A stretch of DNA of 64,000 bases from Squalus acanthias. Taxonomy: Eukaryota. Numbering within the stretch: the first letter of the stretch is position 1; each line of letters opens with the position of its first letter. Shown here piece by piece: positions 24,267-36,996 of this stretch. Both the position numbers and the translations under genes were made by a program. The DNA is taken from positions 88,352,001-88,416,000 of the forward strand of contig CM059432.1 of NCBI GenBank assembly GCA_030390025.1. Direction: 5' to 3'. Under the pieces are notes generated by a model. That model was not told the origin of the DNA and ran no database searches. It saw only the letters and a program-made list of their open reading frames with translations.

Positions 24267-24748
24267 GTGCAATTGGGAGCCTGATTTAAATTTAAGGCTG
24301 GCCGGCCGAGTGTCCCAGGGCTCGGGAAATCCGACAGCTAAATGGAGACGGGAGCTGCTGGACCAAGCAGGTAAGTGCATTTTATAGCATTGCTTGTGGA
24401 CTAGGAGGAGCAGGGTTGCTTCCCCTGGCCCCTCAGGCAAACCTGCTGCCGATCATGGTTTCTCCAGCTGGCGGTAATCGGCTGACTCCCCCCCACCCCC
24501 ACCATGCCCTGATCTTTCCCAGTTGCCAGGGACCATCCCCAACTGCGGCCTCCTGCCGCTGGCTTTCCCACCCGGCAGCACCAGCCTGTCAATCTGGCCG
24601 GCTGACGGGCAGGAAATGGAATTAAAAAATGATAATGAGGGCCTGCTGTTAAATTCGGCAAGACCTCCGCATTCTCGGGATTTCCTGGTTTCCCCCCTGC
24701 AACTGCGCTCCCCTGCTCCCTCCCTGCTTCCCCGTAAATATTGGGGCC
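24267..24748. mobile_element. MITE family C, partial, fused to the preceding family A copy
   Basis: Contains GTTAAATTCGG and the GTAAGTGC...GGAGGAGCAGG motifs shared with the 20676 and 40338 copies. Ends TAAATATTGGGGCC. Confidence 0.7.
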
Positions 24749-24774
24749 TTGGTATCTGTATTCATTTAGATAAT

Positions 24775-25539
24775 GGGCCAGAAATTCAGCTTTCCGGCTT
24801 CCTGCGGGTGCAAGCATCGTGCGCGTACTTGCCTACCGTGCCTGCCGTTGTGCTTTGGGCCCACGAGGACTTCGGGTCCTGGGCCTCCTGCAGCTGCTGG
24901 CGTGCAGTGCTTGTGTATCCCAGGGGCGCAGTTAGTTCGAAGCGTCCCCTGGGATCACGTGGGCCATGGAGAGCCAATCCTAGCAGGGCATTTTCATTCA
25001 TAGATTTGACAGGAAGACCTGTCAAATCTATGAATAGAGATCGGCCCCAAAACTACACTTAAACTTCAAATACATTTTTTTAAAAAACATCACATTTTTA
25101 AAATAACTATAAGTTAAATAAATTAACTACTTTAAACAAAAATTTAATTTTTTGAAAAAGTTAATTATACTTTGTAACGGTGCTAAAAATAAACTTACCT
25201 TTCTTTAAAGTATCTAAAAAAGATAAAACTGTTGAAAATTTTTTAAAATTGTAATTAATCAACCACTTACCTTGTTAAAAACAGGCCTTGCGCCTCCTTT
25301 TTAAATGTGCAGCTTCTCATACTTACCTTCCCGGAGAAACCTGAAAAAAAAATCGAAGTTCGCTGCGTGTGCGCAGCCTCTCCCACGCACGTGTTCGACT
25401 TCTGAACCCCTCCCTTCAGGGGAACAGAAGTTCCGGTTTCCCGCGCATGCGCAGTGCATGCAGGAAACCGGCACTTCAGATGGCCTTACGGGTGAGTACA
25501 CAGCGCGTACTCACCCGACAACAGCCGAATTTCTGGCCC
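24775..25539. mobile_element. MITE family B
   Basis: Perfect 13-bp TIR GGGCCAGAAATTC, flanks AAT/ATT. Colinear with 9120-9864. Confidence 0.85.
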
Positions 25540-26305
25540 ATTACATGTGTTTATGTGTTGCTTTCCTGAAATTGGATGCAAATCACCAAGATGAAAATTA
25601 ATGATCTGATTTTTTTTAAGCACTATAATGAAAACTAGTATTTATTTGTGCAGACTTTTAATTTCAGGTATCTCCGTCTACACATTGAGTTGTGTAACAA
25701 ATGGCTATTGTTTCTTTAAAAGCAGGGTTTTAAGTGGCTGCTAGTATAAAAATAACTATGTGATCAGGGTTTATCTAGAATTCTCGGAGTCAGGAGACAT
25801 GAATATAACTCACAAAGCATCAGGCTACTTGCCAAGTCAACAGCTTTGTATTGATTAAGACAAAGATCCGGATTGCTTAGATCATTTCCCAATAATGTTC
25901 ATTACATGCTAATTTGGGTCAATAGGCAAGAGTTTGTGTGTGGCCTGTGCCAGGCACCGCAATGACTCCCAAAGCCTGGGAAATAAAACAACCTGCTTCC
26001 ACAAATACAAGTCCATAAATCACACTGCTGCCAGGTCTCCAGCGCCATTATTTTTCAGTCTAAGTGGCAGCGGTGTGAAGAATTGCTTAAATGCAATAAA
26101 ATCACAATCGCCATTGAGTTTGAAGGGGGCGGAACTATGTTAACCACCTCCTATCTGATTTCAGTAAGCGTTAAAGGCGGAGCGTTCCAGGAATTGATGG
26201 CATAGCATAAGCAATGGCCTAAGTCACTCACTGTAGAACTTCTGCGCCGGAATACTAGCTTACATTCTAGAGGCGCCATTACTATAATGCAAGTTTCCAG
26301 CAACT

Positions 26306-27322
26306 AAAAGAAAGACTTGCATTTATATAGCGCCTTCTCCAACCATAGGAGATCCCAAAGTGTTTTACAGCCAATGACGTACATTTTTCTTAATGTGTAG
26401 TCACTGTTGCAATGTAGGAAACACGGCAGCCAATTTGCGCACAGCAAGCTCCCACAAACGTACAGATACTCTGTTTTATAGTGATGTTGATTGAATGATA
26501 AATATTGACCAAGACACTGGGGATAACTCCCCATCTCTTCTTCAGAATAGTGCCATGGGATCTTTTACGTCCACCTGAGAGCGCAGATGGAGCCTCGGTT
26601 TAACGTTTCATCTGAAAGACTGCTCTGCCAACAGTACAGCACTCCCTCAGTACTGCACTAGAGTGTCAGTCTAGATTTTTGTGCTCAAGTCCCTGGAGTG
26701 GGACTTGAACCCACAACCTTCTGACTCAGAGGTGAGAGTTTTTTAAAATTTGTTTTTATGGGATGTGGGCGTCGCTGGCAAGGCCAGCATTTATTGCCCA
26801 TCCCTAATTGCCCTTGAGAAGGTGGTAGTGAGCCGCCTTCTTGAACTGCTGCAGTCCATGTGGTGAAGGTACTCCCACAGTGCTGTTAGGTAGGGAGTTC
26901 CAGGATTTTGATCCAGCGATGATGAAGCATCGACAATATACTTCTAAGTCAGGATGATGTGTGACTTGGAGGGGAACTTGGAGGTGGTGGTATTACCATG
27001 CATCTGCTGCCCTTGTCCTTCTAGTTGGAAGAGGTTGCGGGTTTGGGAGGTGCTGTCGAAGAAGCCTTGGTGAGTTGCTGCAGTGCATCTTGTAGATGGT
27101 ACACACTGCAGCCACGTTACGCCGGTGGTGGAGGGAGTGGATGTTTAAGGTGTTAGAGGGGGTGCCAATCAAGCACGCTGCTTTGTCCTGGATGGTGTCG
27201 AGCTTCTTGAGTGTTGTTGGAGCTGCACTCATCCAGGCAAGTGGAGAGTATTCCATCACACTCCTGACTTGTGCCTTGTAGATGGTGGAAAGGCTTTGCT
27301 ACCAACTGAACCACGCTGACAC
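26306..27322 (-). mobile_element. Deu-domain SINE whose head is interrupted by a LINE fragment (26740-27297)
   Basis: SINE body 26306-26739. The rest of the head, GCTACCAACTGAACCACGCTGACAC, resumes at 27298. Confidence 0.88.
26740..27297 (-). mobile_element. 3' fragment of a CR1-group LINE (Crack/Daphne-like; clade not certain)
   Basis: ORF2 C-terminus MEYSPLAW...KLDTIQDKAACLI...HSLHHRRNVAAVCTIYKMHC. Tail shared with SINE family B. A-rich end. Confidence 0.8.
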
Positions 27323-27897
27323 CTGACTGAAATCCTTGGCCATAATTAAATAGTATACAATTTAAAAAGCAAGGAGTGTATAAATACACAAACAGTGTTT
27401 GAGAATACATTGGTAGAGTTGGGGCTGGTTATAACTTTGTCAAATTAAGAGTAGTCGCATTAGTTCGAACTACTTCAAGCCCAACTTGAATTCAAAGGTA
27501 ATTAAATTGAGTTTTCATTGTATGCAGTTTTTTAATCACATTAGTGTTTCAAATGCTGAACACTTATCTGGATATGATAACATACAATGTAAATGAAACA
27601 GATGCAAATTAGTGAAACTGTTGCACAAAATCCATCAATACATCCAGTGTGTGACTCAAACATAACACTTTTCACAGTATTACTAGAAAGGTTTGATGAC
27701 TAACATTTATTAACAATTTCAACAGTTTTATTTAATTAAAAAAGTTAATTTAAAAATTATAGGTGAGACTTATTCTGCGTCATAAATGATAAAGAAGTTT
27801 AATCTTAAATTTCACTATATATATTATATTCATAACAATATAAAATAATACTATGTAATACTTCTTTAGAACAAAATTTCTTCCCCTGGAATTTCCA

Positions 27898-28127
27898 TAT
27901 TGTGTCCTGGCCAATATTTATCCCTCAACCAACGTGACCAAGGAAAACAGATTATCTGGTCATTTATCTATTGCTGTTTGTGAGACCTTGCTCTGAGCAA
28001 ATTGGCCGCCATGTTCCCCTACATTACAACAGCTACTATATTTCAAAAATAGTATTTCATGGGTTATAAAGTATTTTGGGGCGTCCTGGGGCCATGACAG
28101 GCGCTATATAAATGCAAGTTCTTCTTC
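27898..28127 (+). mobile_element. Deu-domain SINE, 3' half
   Basis: TGTCCTGGCCAATATTTATCCCTCAACC...GGCGCTATATAAATGCAAGT. Confidence 0.85.
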
Positions 28128-28326
28128 AAAGTTACGGTGAGATATCCCTCTGGAAATTGCCCCCACCTCCAATTATTCTGCCTGTGCATCAACATGCTGT
28201 TATATATATGGAATATTTGATTTGTTTCCCACATTATTTAAAATTTTAATATTCAATGCAGGAGTGGAAACAAAACTCAAATAAATGTAGGGAAAGTCAA
28301 TGCAAGGAAGGGCATGCAGTCACAGG

Positions 28327-28663
28327 AAGAAAGAAGGAAGAAAAAACTTGCAGTTATATAGCACCTTTCACAACCACAGGATGTCCCAAAATGTTTCACA
28401 ACCAATGAAGTACTTCTGAAGTTTAGTCACTGTTGTAATGTAGGAAACACGGCAGCCAATTTGCACACAGCAAGGTTCCACAAACAGCAATGAGATAAAT
28501 GAGAAGATAATCTGTTTTGCTTAGTGATGGTGGTTGAGGGATAAATATTGGCCAGGACTAACCAGGAAGAACTCCTACTTTTCTTTGAATAGTGCCATGG
28601 GATCTTTTACATACACCTGAGAGGGCTGACAGGGCCTCTGTTTAATGTCTCATTCGAAAGACA
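28327..28663 (-). mobile_element. Deu-domain SINE, 5'-truncated
   Basis: GGTTGAGGGATAAATATTGGCCAGGAC...GTGCCATGGGATCTTTTAC. Confidence 0.85.
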
Positions 28664-28739
28664 GGGAAACAGGAGCTGGGTCCACTCTTGCCTATCTCTA
28701 TATAGAAATTTTCTAATGGCTGAATTTGATACTTAATGT

Positions 28740-29300
28740 TTCAAATCTGCTGTCATCACCCCTCCCCTCAAAGAAACACTCTTAACCCCTCAGTCCTTGC
28801 AAACTGCCATTCAATTTCCAACCTCCCTTTCTTCTCCAAAGTCCTTGAACATGTTGTCACCTCCCAAATCCATGCCCATCTTTCCCGCAACTCCATGTTT
28901 GAATCCATGTTTGAATCCCTCCAATCAGGTTTTTGCCCCTGCCACAGCACGAAAACGGCCTTTATCAAAATCACAAATAACATCCTATGTGACTGTGACC
29001 ATCGGTAAACTATCCCTCCTCGTCCTTCTTGACCTGTCTGCATCCTTTGACACGGTTGACCACACCATCCTCCGCCAACGCGTCTCCTCTGTCATCCAGC
29101 TGGGTGGGACTGCACTCGCCTGGTTCTATTCCTATCTAGCCAGTCGTAGCCAGAGAATCACCTGCAATGGCTTCTCTTTCTGCTCCCGCACAGTTACCTC
29201 TGGAGTCCCCCAAGGATCTATCCTTAGCCCCCTCCTATTTCTCATCCACATGCTGCTCCTCGGTGACATTATCCGAAAACACAATGTCAGGTTCCACATG
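28740..29300 (+). mobile_element. L2 LINE RT region, left part
   Basis: ISNLPFFSKVLE, LQSGF...HSTKTAFIKITN, LLDLSASFDTVDH, SGVPQGSILSPLLF. Ends ...RFHM. Confidence 0.92.
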
Positions 29301-29397
29301 AACCTAAGAATTAGGAGCAGGAGTAGGCCATACGGCCCCTCGAGCCTGCTCCACCATTCAATAAGATCATAGCTGATCTTAGACCTCAACTCCACTT

Positions 29398-29423
29398 CCC
29401 CCCCCCCCCCCCCCCCCCCCCCC
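29398..29423. repeat. Poly-C run (26 nt) inside the CR1 3' UTR
   Basis: Read directly. Confidence 0.9.
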
Positions 29424-29503
29424 GATCTCCATATCCCTTGATTCCAAACATCTATCTATCTCAGCCCTGAACATACTCAGCGATTCAGCATCCACAGTCT
29501 GGG

Positions 29504-29955
29504 TTTTTTTTTTCATTCATGGGATGCGGGCATCGCTGTCAAGACTGGCATTTACTGCCCATCCCTAATTACCCTTGAGAAGGAGGTGGTGAGCCGCCTT
29601 CTTGAACTGCTGCTGTTTTTCCTAGTGGCTTTGATACAACTGAGTGGCTTGTTAGGCCATTTCAGGGAGCAGTTAAGAGTCAACCACATTGCTATGGGTC
29701 TGGAGTCTGATCGAGTAAGGGTAGCAGATTTCCTTCCCTAAAGGACATTAGTGAACCGGATGGGTTTTTATGACAATCTGGTAGTTTCATGGTCACCATT
29801 ACTGACACCAGCTTTTTATGCTCCAGATTTTTATTTAATTAACTGAATTCAAATTCCACAGCTGCCATGGTGGGATTTGAACTCATGTCTCCGGATCATT
29901 AGTCCAGGCCTCTAGGATTACTACTCCAGTAACATAACCACTCTGCTACCGTTCC
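29504..29955 (-). mobile_element. tRNA-derived SINE (family B), full length, nested in CR1
   Basis: On -: GGTAGCAGAGTGGTTATG (A-box-like), GAGTTCAAATCCC (B-box), and a tail that matches the LINE at 26740 over ~95 bp, then poly-A. Confidence 0.87.
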
Positions 29956-32373
29956 AAATTTGGAGAATTCCAAAGGTTCACAACCCTCTGAGTGAAGAAA
30001 TTCCTCCTCATCTCAGTCTTAACTGGCCGACCCCTTATCCTGAGACTATGCCCCCTAGTTCTAGACTCACCAGCTAGGGGAAACAACCTCTCGGCATCTA
30101 CCCTGTCAGTCCCCCTCAGATCACCTCTCATTCTTCTAAACTGCAGAGAATATAGGCCCAATCTACTCGATCACTCCTCACAGGACAACCCTCTCATCCC
30201 AGGAATCAATCTAGTGAACCTTTGTTGCACAGCCTCTAAGGCAAGTATATCCTTCCTTAGATAAAGAGACCAAAACTGTGCACAGTACTCCATGTGTGGT
30301 CTTACCAAGGCTCTGTACAATTGTAGCAAGATTTCCTTAATGTTGTATTCCAGCCCCCTTGCAATAAAGGCCAACATGCCATTTGCCTTCCTAATTGCTT
30401 GCTGTACCTGCATGCTAACTCTCTGTTTCCTGTATGAGGACACCTAAGTCTCTCTGAATACCAACATTTAATAGTTTCTCACCATTTAAAAAATATTCTG
30501 TATTTCTATTCTTTCTACTACATTATACTCCATCTGCCACCTCATTGCCTACTCACTTAACCTGTCTATATCCCTTTTCAGGCTCTTTGTTTCCTCCTCA
30601 CAGCTTTCTTTCCCACCAAGCTTTGTATCGTCAGCAAACCTAGATACATTGCATTCAGTCCCTTCATCTAAGTCATTAATATAAATTGTAAATAGCTGAG
30701 GCCCAAGCACTGATCCTTGCGGCACCCCACTAGTTACAGCCTGCCAATCTGAAAATGACCCTTTTATCCCTATTCTCTGTTTTCTGTTTGTTAACCAATT
30801 CTCTATCCATGCTAATATATTACCCCCAATCCCATGAGCCCTTATCTTGCATAGCAACCTTTTATGTGGCACCTTATCAAATGCTTTTTGGAAATCCAAA
30901 TATTCTACATCCACTGGTACCTCTTTATCTACCCTGCTAGTTACATCCTCAAAAACGCTAATAAATTTGTCAAACACCTTTTCCCTTTCCTAAAACCATG
31001 TTGACTCTGCATAATCATATTGGATTTTCTAAGTGCTCTGTTAGTACTTCCTTAATAATGGATTCCAGCATTTTTCCCGACAACAGATGTCAAGCTAACT
31101 GGCCTGTAGTTCCCTGTTTTCTCTCTCCCTCCTTTGTTGAATAGCGGAGTTACATTTGCTACCTTCCAATCTGCTAGGACTGTTCTAGAATCTCGGTAAT
31201 TTTGGAAGATCACAACCAATGCATCCACTATCTCTACAGCCACCTCTTTTAGAACCCTAGGATGTAGGCTATCAGGTCCAGGGGAATTTGTCGACTTTTG
31301 GTCCCATTAGTTTCTCAAGTACTTTTTCTCTACTGATCTTAATTACTTTAAGTTCTTCACTCTCATTAGCCCCTTGGTTCCCCACTATTTCTGGTATGCT
31401 TTTTGTGTCTTCTACTATGAAGACAGATACAAAATATTTTTTTAAGTCTCTGCCAATTCCTTGTTCCCCAATATAATTTCCCCTGTCTCAGCCTCTAAGG
31501 GACCAATGCTTACTTTTGCTACTCTCTTCCTCTTTACATACTTGTAGAAGTTCTTACAATCTATTTTTATATTTACTCTCATTCTATTTTCTCCCTTTTT
31601 ATCAATTTTTGGTCACACTTTGCTGGTTTCTAAAGCTCTCCAAATCCTCAGGCTTACTAGTATTCTTTGTAACATTATAAGCTTCTTCTTTTAATCTAAT
31701 ACTATCCTTAACTTCTTTAGTTCACCATGGATGGATCACCTTTCCCGTGAAGTTTTTATTTCTCAATGGAATGTATATTCATTGAGAATTTTGGAATATT
31801 TCTTTAAATGTTTGTCGCTGCTTATCTACCGTAATACCTTCTAATCTAATTTCCCAATCTACCTTAGCCAACACGCCCTTCATACCTCTGTAATTGGTTT
31901 TATTTAAGTTTAAGACTCTGGTTTCGGACGTAGAATTTCACATTGATTTTGAGAGTGAAATACTTATCATATTATGATCACTCTTCCCCAGAGGATGCTT
32001 TACTATGAGATTACTAATTAACCCTATCTCATTACACAATACAAGATCTAAACTAGCCTGTTCCCTGGTTGGTTCCACGATGTATTGTTCTAGGCAACTG
32101 TCTTGAATGCATTCCATGAACTCGTCCTCCAGACTACCTTTGCCAATTTGATTTGCCCAATCTATATGAAGATTAAAGTCCCCCACAATTATTGCATTGC
32201 CTTTGTTACAATCTCGCATTATTTCTTGATTAAAACTCTGTCCAACGGTATAGCTACTGTTAGGGGGCCTATAAACTATTCCCACCAATGTTTTATGCCC
32301 CATGTTGTTTATTATTTCCACCCATACTGATTCTACTTCCTGATCTTCCAAGCCAGGATCCTTTCTCACTACT

Positions 32374-32906
32374 ACAAAAGCAAAATACTGCGGATGCTGG
32401 AAATCTGAAATAAAAACAGAGAATGCTGGAAATACTCAGCAGGTCAGGCAGCCTCTGTGGAGAGAGAAACAGAGTTAATGTTTCAGGTTGATGACCCTGC
32501 ATCAGAACTGGAAAAAGTTGGAGATGGAACAGGTTTTTAAGCAAGTGTAGGGGCAGGGAAAGGGGGGAGGGGAGGAAAGAACAAAATGGAAGGTCTGTGA
32601 TAGGATGGAAGGCAGGAGAAATTAAGAGACAAAAGAGATGATGGTGCAAGGCAAAAGGAGATGGTAATGGGACAAGTTAAGAAACAAAAGATGACTCTAG
32701 ATGAAGTGTAAATGGCAATGGCAGAATCATCAACAGCTGCCATGTGAGAGAGAGGGGGGAAAAAAATGAAAGAAAAGATAGGGGCAGAGGTTATGGTCTG
32801 AAATTGTTGAACTCGATGTTGAGTCCAGAAGGCTGTAAAGTGCCTAATCGAAAGATGAGGTGCTGTTCCTCGAGCTTACGTTGAGTATTTCCAGTATTTT
32901 CTGTTT
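32374..32906 (-). mobile_element. Penelope-like element 3' fragment with short inverted terminal piece, nested in CR1
   Basis: On -: QRKLEEQHLIFRLGTLQPSGLNIEF (GIY-YIG C-terminus), then the pLTR. Inverted pLTR piece at 32883-32906. 15-bp TSD TCCTTTCTCACTACT at 32359-32373 and 32907-32921. Confidence 0.9.
32473..32510 (-). ncRNA. Minimal hammerhead ribozyme motif (core mutated) in the Penelope pLTR
   Basis: On -: CAGTT-CTGATGC-AGGGTCATCAACCT-GAAAC-ATTAACT. CUGAUGA-like box, AGG/CCT stem II, GAAA box, AGTT/AACT stem I. Confidence 0.65.
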
Positions 32907-34296
32907 TCCTTTCTCACTACTGTGCTTATGTCATCCTTTATTATCAGGGCTACTCCCCCTCCTTTTCCATTCTGCCTGTCTTTTTGAAACGTCAAGTACC
33001 CTGGAATATTTACTTCTCAACCTTGGTCACCTTGCAACCACGTCTCTATAATGGCGATTAGATCAAACCCATTTATCTCTATTTGTGCCATTAATTTATC
33101 TAGCTTGTTACGAATGCTTCGTGCATTCAGATAAAGAGCCTTTAATTTTAACTTTTTACCATTATTCCCTGCTTTCACCTTATTCGCTGATGTACTATTA
33201 CCATTAAACTCTCTGTCCCTTCCTGTCACACTCTGCTTATCTTTACCCAGTTAGCTACACTGCTCCTTTGCCTTGACTGTTCCCTTTAGATTTCTAAATT
33301 TCCCCATAGCTGAACCCTCCCCCCTTTTTAGTTTAAAGCCCTATCTACAGCCCTAGTTATTTGATTCACCAGACACTGGTCCCAGCCTGGTTTAAGTGGA
33401 GCCCATCCCAATGGAACACCTCCCACTTTCCCCAGTACTGGTGCCAGTGCCCCATGAATCAAAATCCCTTCCTCCCACACCACTCTTTGAGCCACGCATT
33501 TATCTCTCTGATATGCATGTCCCTATGCCAATTTGCACGTGGCTCATGTCATAATCCAGAGATTATTACCTTTGAGGTTTTGCGTTTTAATTCGGACCCG
33601 AGCTCCTCAAACTCTTAGGTAGAACTAGGAATGATGTTCTGCTATGTCGTTGGTTCCTACGAGGACCACGACAACTGGATCCTTCCCCTCCCACTCCAAA
33701 TTCTTCTCCAGCACAAGGAGATATCCTTCACCCTGGCACCGGGCAGGCAACACAGCCTTTGGAACTCCTGGTTGTGGCTGCAGAGAACAGTATCTATTCC
33801 CCTGACTGTACTGTCCCCTATCAATACAACATTCCTTTTCACTCCCCCTCCCCCACTTGAATGGCCTCCTGTGCCGTAGTCAGTTTGCTCATCCACTCTG
33901 CAGACTTTGCCCTCATTCACACAGGCAGCAAGAACCTCATACCTGTTTGATAAGGGCAAAGGCCGACACTCCTCCAGCACTGCACCTAGGGTATCCTCAC
34001 CTGCCTGTGTCGCAGTCACACCCTTCTGTCCCTGACTATTAACCAGACCTGTTCCACTACCTAACCTAAGTGGTGTGACTCTCCCCCCTCCCTGATGGCC
34101 CGCAATGTTTGCACCTCGGACTCCAGCTCAACAACTCTGAGCTGAAGTTCCTCGAGATGCAGACACTTACTGCAGATGTGATCATCCGGGATCGCGATGC
34201 TCTCCACAAACCCCCACATGCTGCAGTTGCGGTACACCACCTGCACTGCCATCCCTATATAACCTTGTTTTATTTATTCAATTAATTAAAGTTTAT

Positions 34297-35183
34297 GGGG
34301 GAAAAATTCAGTCGCGCCCCATTTGGGGCGCAAATATCGTCCGCGCGCAAAAATTAGCGCCTGGCGCTAATTATCGCCACTGACTGGAAACTTCACTTTT
34401 ATCGACCCCTGAGGTGATTGGAGCGCTAAATCAGGCGCTTCACACCTGTCTTAAGGCGCAAAGGCCGAGGAGCGAGGCGCTAACTCAGAGCGCTGGCGAA
34501 GCTCATGTGATGTTAGTCAGCAATGGAACACACACTCAATGGCACCGGCCAGTTCTTAAAGGGGATGGTTGATCTTGCTTTCCATCCACATCCTGCTCAT
34601 TGCAGCCTTGAATCCCGGCCTGGAGAGACCTGCACATCAAATCTGCTGGAAAGAACAATGGAGAGTACCAGGGAAAGAGCTTAGAGTGCAGCCTCAACAG
34701 TCTCTTCTAAATCGATACAAGGAATGGCAAATCAAAATGAACCTGCAAAGTGCTGCTCAGTACCCAAAACTCCTTCACACAACGTTGAATCTCTCCAGAT
34801 GTCTCTCTCTCTCTGAATGCGTAGTTCAAAAATGGCACCAACAATAAAAGGCAGGAAGTGGTCACCTTTAAATAGCGCTCCCCCAGTCCCTTCATGACTG
34901 CAGAACGCTCCCCTCAACCTGTCGTTGCTAGCGTCAGGCGATAAGGCAGGGGGCGCCACTCAATAGCCGCTCCGGGGCGATACCGGGGCGTTGCACACTC
35001 GACTGACGTCACGATCTGCCGGCGCAGGAGATCGTGGCGGTAGTGTTTAGCGCCGCCGCAAAATGTCTAGTTAATTTCGCGAGCGGCGCAAACATCGCTG
35101 TGCCCGGGCGCTAGTTGCTTTGCGCCCCATTAGCGCCCTCTTAAGGCGCTAACGGGAGACGCAACCAACTGAATTTTTCCCCC
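34297..35183 (+). mobile_element. Harbinger MITE family A, complete
   Basis: Perfect 16-bp TIR GGGGGAAAAATTCAGT, TSD TAT. Inserted in the CR1 5' UTR. Confidence 0.95.
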
Positions 35184-35417
35184 TATGTATTTAATTAACT
35201 TAGCTTATAATTTAGTTGTTTAACTAATTCCTTGATCTAGTTTAAATTATAGGTAGATGAAATTAAATATTTACCTGTAACACAAAGCACTACAAGTATT
35301 GGAGGCAAAATCCAGCACCTCCTTTACCCTCTGCTCCGAATTTCCACTCTCTTCAAATTCCCAACTTTAACATTCTGTTTTGAAGCACTCCGTTTGAGAT
35401 CACTATGTGCAGACCAC

Positions 35418-36355
35418 CATGTATGCTGACGACTTTACCATCACCTCTCTCGACCCCTCCACTGTCTCTAAATTGTCAGACTGCTTGTCTGACTTCCAGT
35501 ACTGGATGAGCAGAAATTTCTTCCAACCAAATATTGGGAAGACTGAAACAATTGTCTTTGGTCCCCACCACAAACTCTGTTCCCTAGCCACCGATTCCAT
35601 CCCTTTCCCTGGCAACAGTCTGACGCTGAACCACACTGTTCGCAACCTTGGTGTCTTTATGACCCCAAGATGAGCTTCCGACCACATATATGCTCCATCA
35701 CCAAGTCCGCCTATTTCCACTTCCATAACATCGCCCGACTCCGCCCCTACCTCAGCTCATCTGCTGCTGAAACCCTCATCCATGCATTTGTTACCTCTAG
35801 GCTTGACTATTCAAATGCTCTCCTGGACGGCCTCCCATCTTCCACCATACATAAACTTGAGCTCATCCAAAACTCTGATGCTCGTATCCCGTTCATCCAT
35901 CACCCCTGTGCTCGCTGACCTATATTGACTCCTGGTACAGCAATACCTCGATTTTAAAGTTCTCATCCTTGTTTTCAAATCCCCCCATGGCCTCGCCCCT
36001 CCCTATCTCTGTAACCTCCTCCAGCCCTACAACCCTCCGAGATCTCGGCGCTCCTCTAATTCGGCCCTATTTTGCATCTCCTATTTTAATTGCTCCACCA
36101 TTGGCGGCCGTGCCTTCAGCTGCCTAGGCCCTAAGCTCTGGAATTTCCTCCCTAAACCTCCCCACCTTTCTACCTCTCCTCCTTTAAAACGCTCCTTAAA
36201 ACCTACCTCTTTGACGAGCTTTTGGTCATCTGTCCTAAAATCTTCTTATGTGGCTCAGTGTCAACTTTTGTTTGATAAAACTCCTGTGAAGTGCCTTGGG
36301 ACATTTTATTATGTTAAAGATGCTATATAAATGCAAGTTATTGTTGTTGTTGTTG
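35418..36355 (+). mobile_element. L2 LINE, right part to 3' end
   Basis: Resumes MYADD. NIGKTETIVF, AYFHFHNIARLRPYL, LIHAFVTSRLDYSNALL. Tail GCTATATAAATGCAAG(TTG)n. Confidence 0.93.
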
Positions 36356-36996
36356 GGTAGTTGTGAAAAATGCACAAACATTCTTGAACCATGAAATATA
36401 GAGTCCATCAGGAACAGTGGAGCACCCCGTGGGCACATCATTGCACTGATTTCATACGAACATAGGAATTGCTAGATGAAAAAAGACCATGGTCCATCTA
36501 GTTGGTCATAGAGTTGTTGACTAATACGTCTACAAAAAGACGTTTTGGAATTTTGGAAGATCACAACCAATACGTCCACTATCTCTGCAGACCCAGAAAT
36601 GAGACTAGGAAAATCAAAGTGGTGGAGTGCTTTGGGAACTACAGGTTCAAAGTTAGCTTTTTCCTCTCAAGCGTGCTACACTTGCCACATGTCATGTTTC
36701 AATTTACTCATATACTGTATCCCAAAATGTAAATTTCTGAAATAAATCTATCTATTTTGCATTTCTGAGTGTTGAAGCAGCTTTGCATCCTGAAAATGAT
36801 TGCCTTTCAACACTAACAGCGGTGTGGATGGCAAAACTGGCACAAATATACAGCCAATTCAGATAAAAAGGATAAAAAACCTCGAGGAACAATTGAGACT
36901 CCACAGCTTCATTGTCCCCTTTCTGGGCCTCCAAGGTTGAGTGTCATGCCAGGACCATAAATCACACCATTGACAGGGTCCTTACGATATGACTTT

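Larger units (their letters stand above)
29301..35417 (-). mobile_element. Near full-length CR1 LINE (5' UTR, ORF1, ORF2, tail) carrying three nested insertions
   Basis: ORF1 Zn-finger/coiled coil (HICSKCLHLEELQLRVVELE) and SGNH-esterase-like LIGDSTVRG...CCLPGARVKDI. ORF2 YLNARS, ETWL, YRPPN, GDFN, FADDTKL. Tail at 29301-29345. Multiple stops and frameshifts. Confidence 0.93.
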
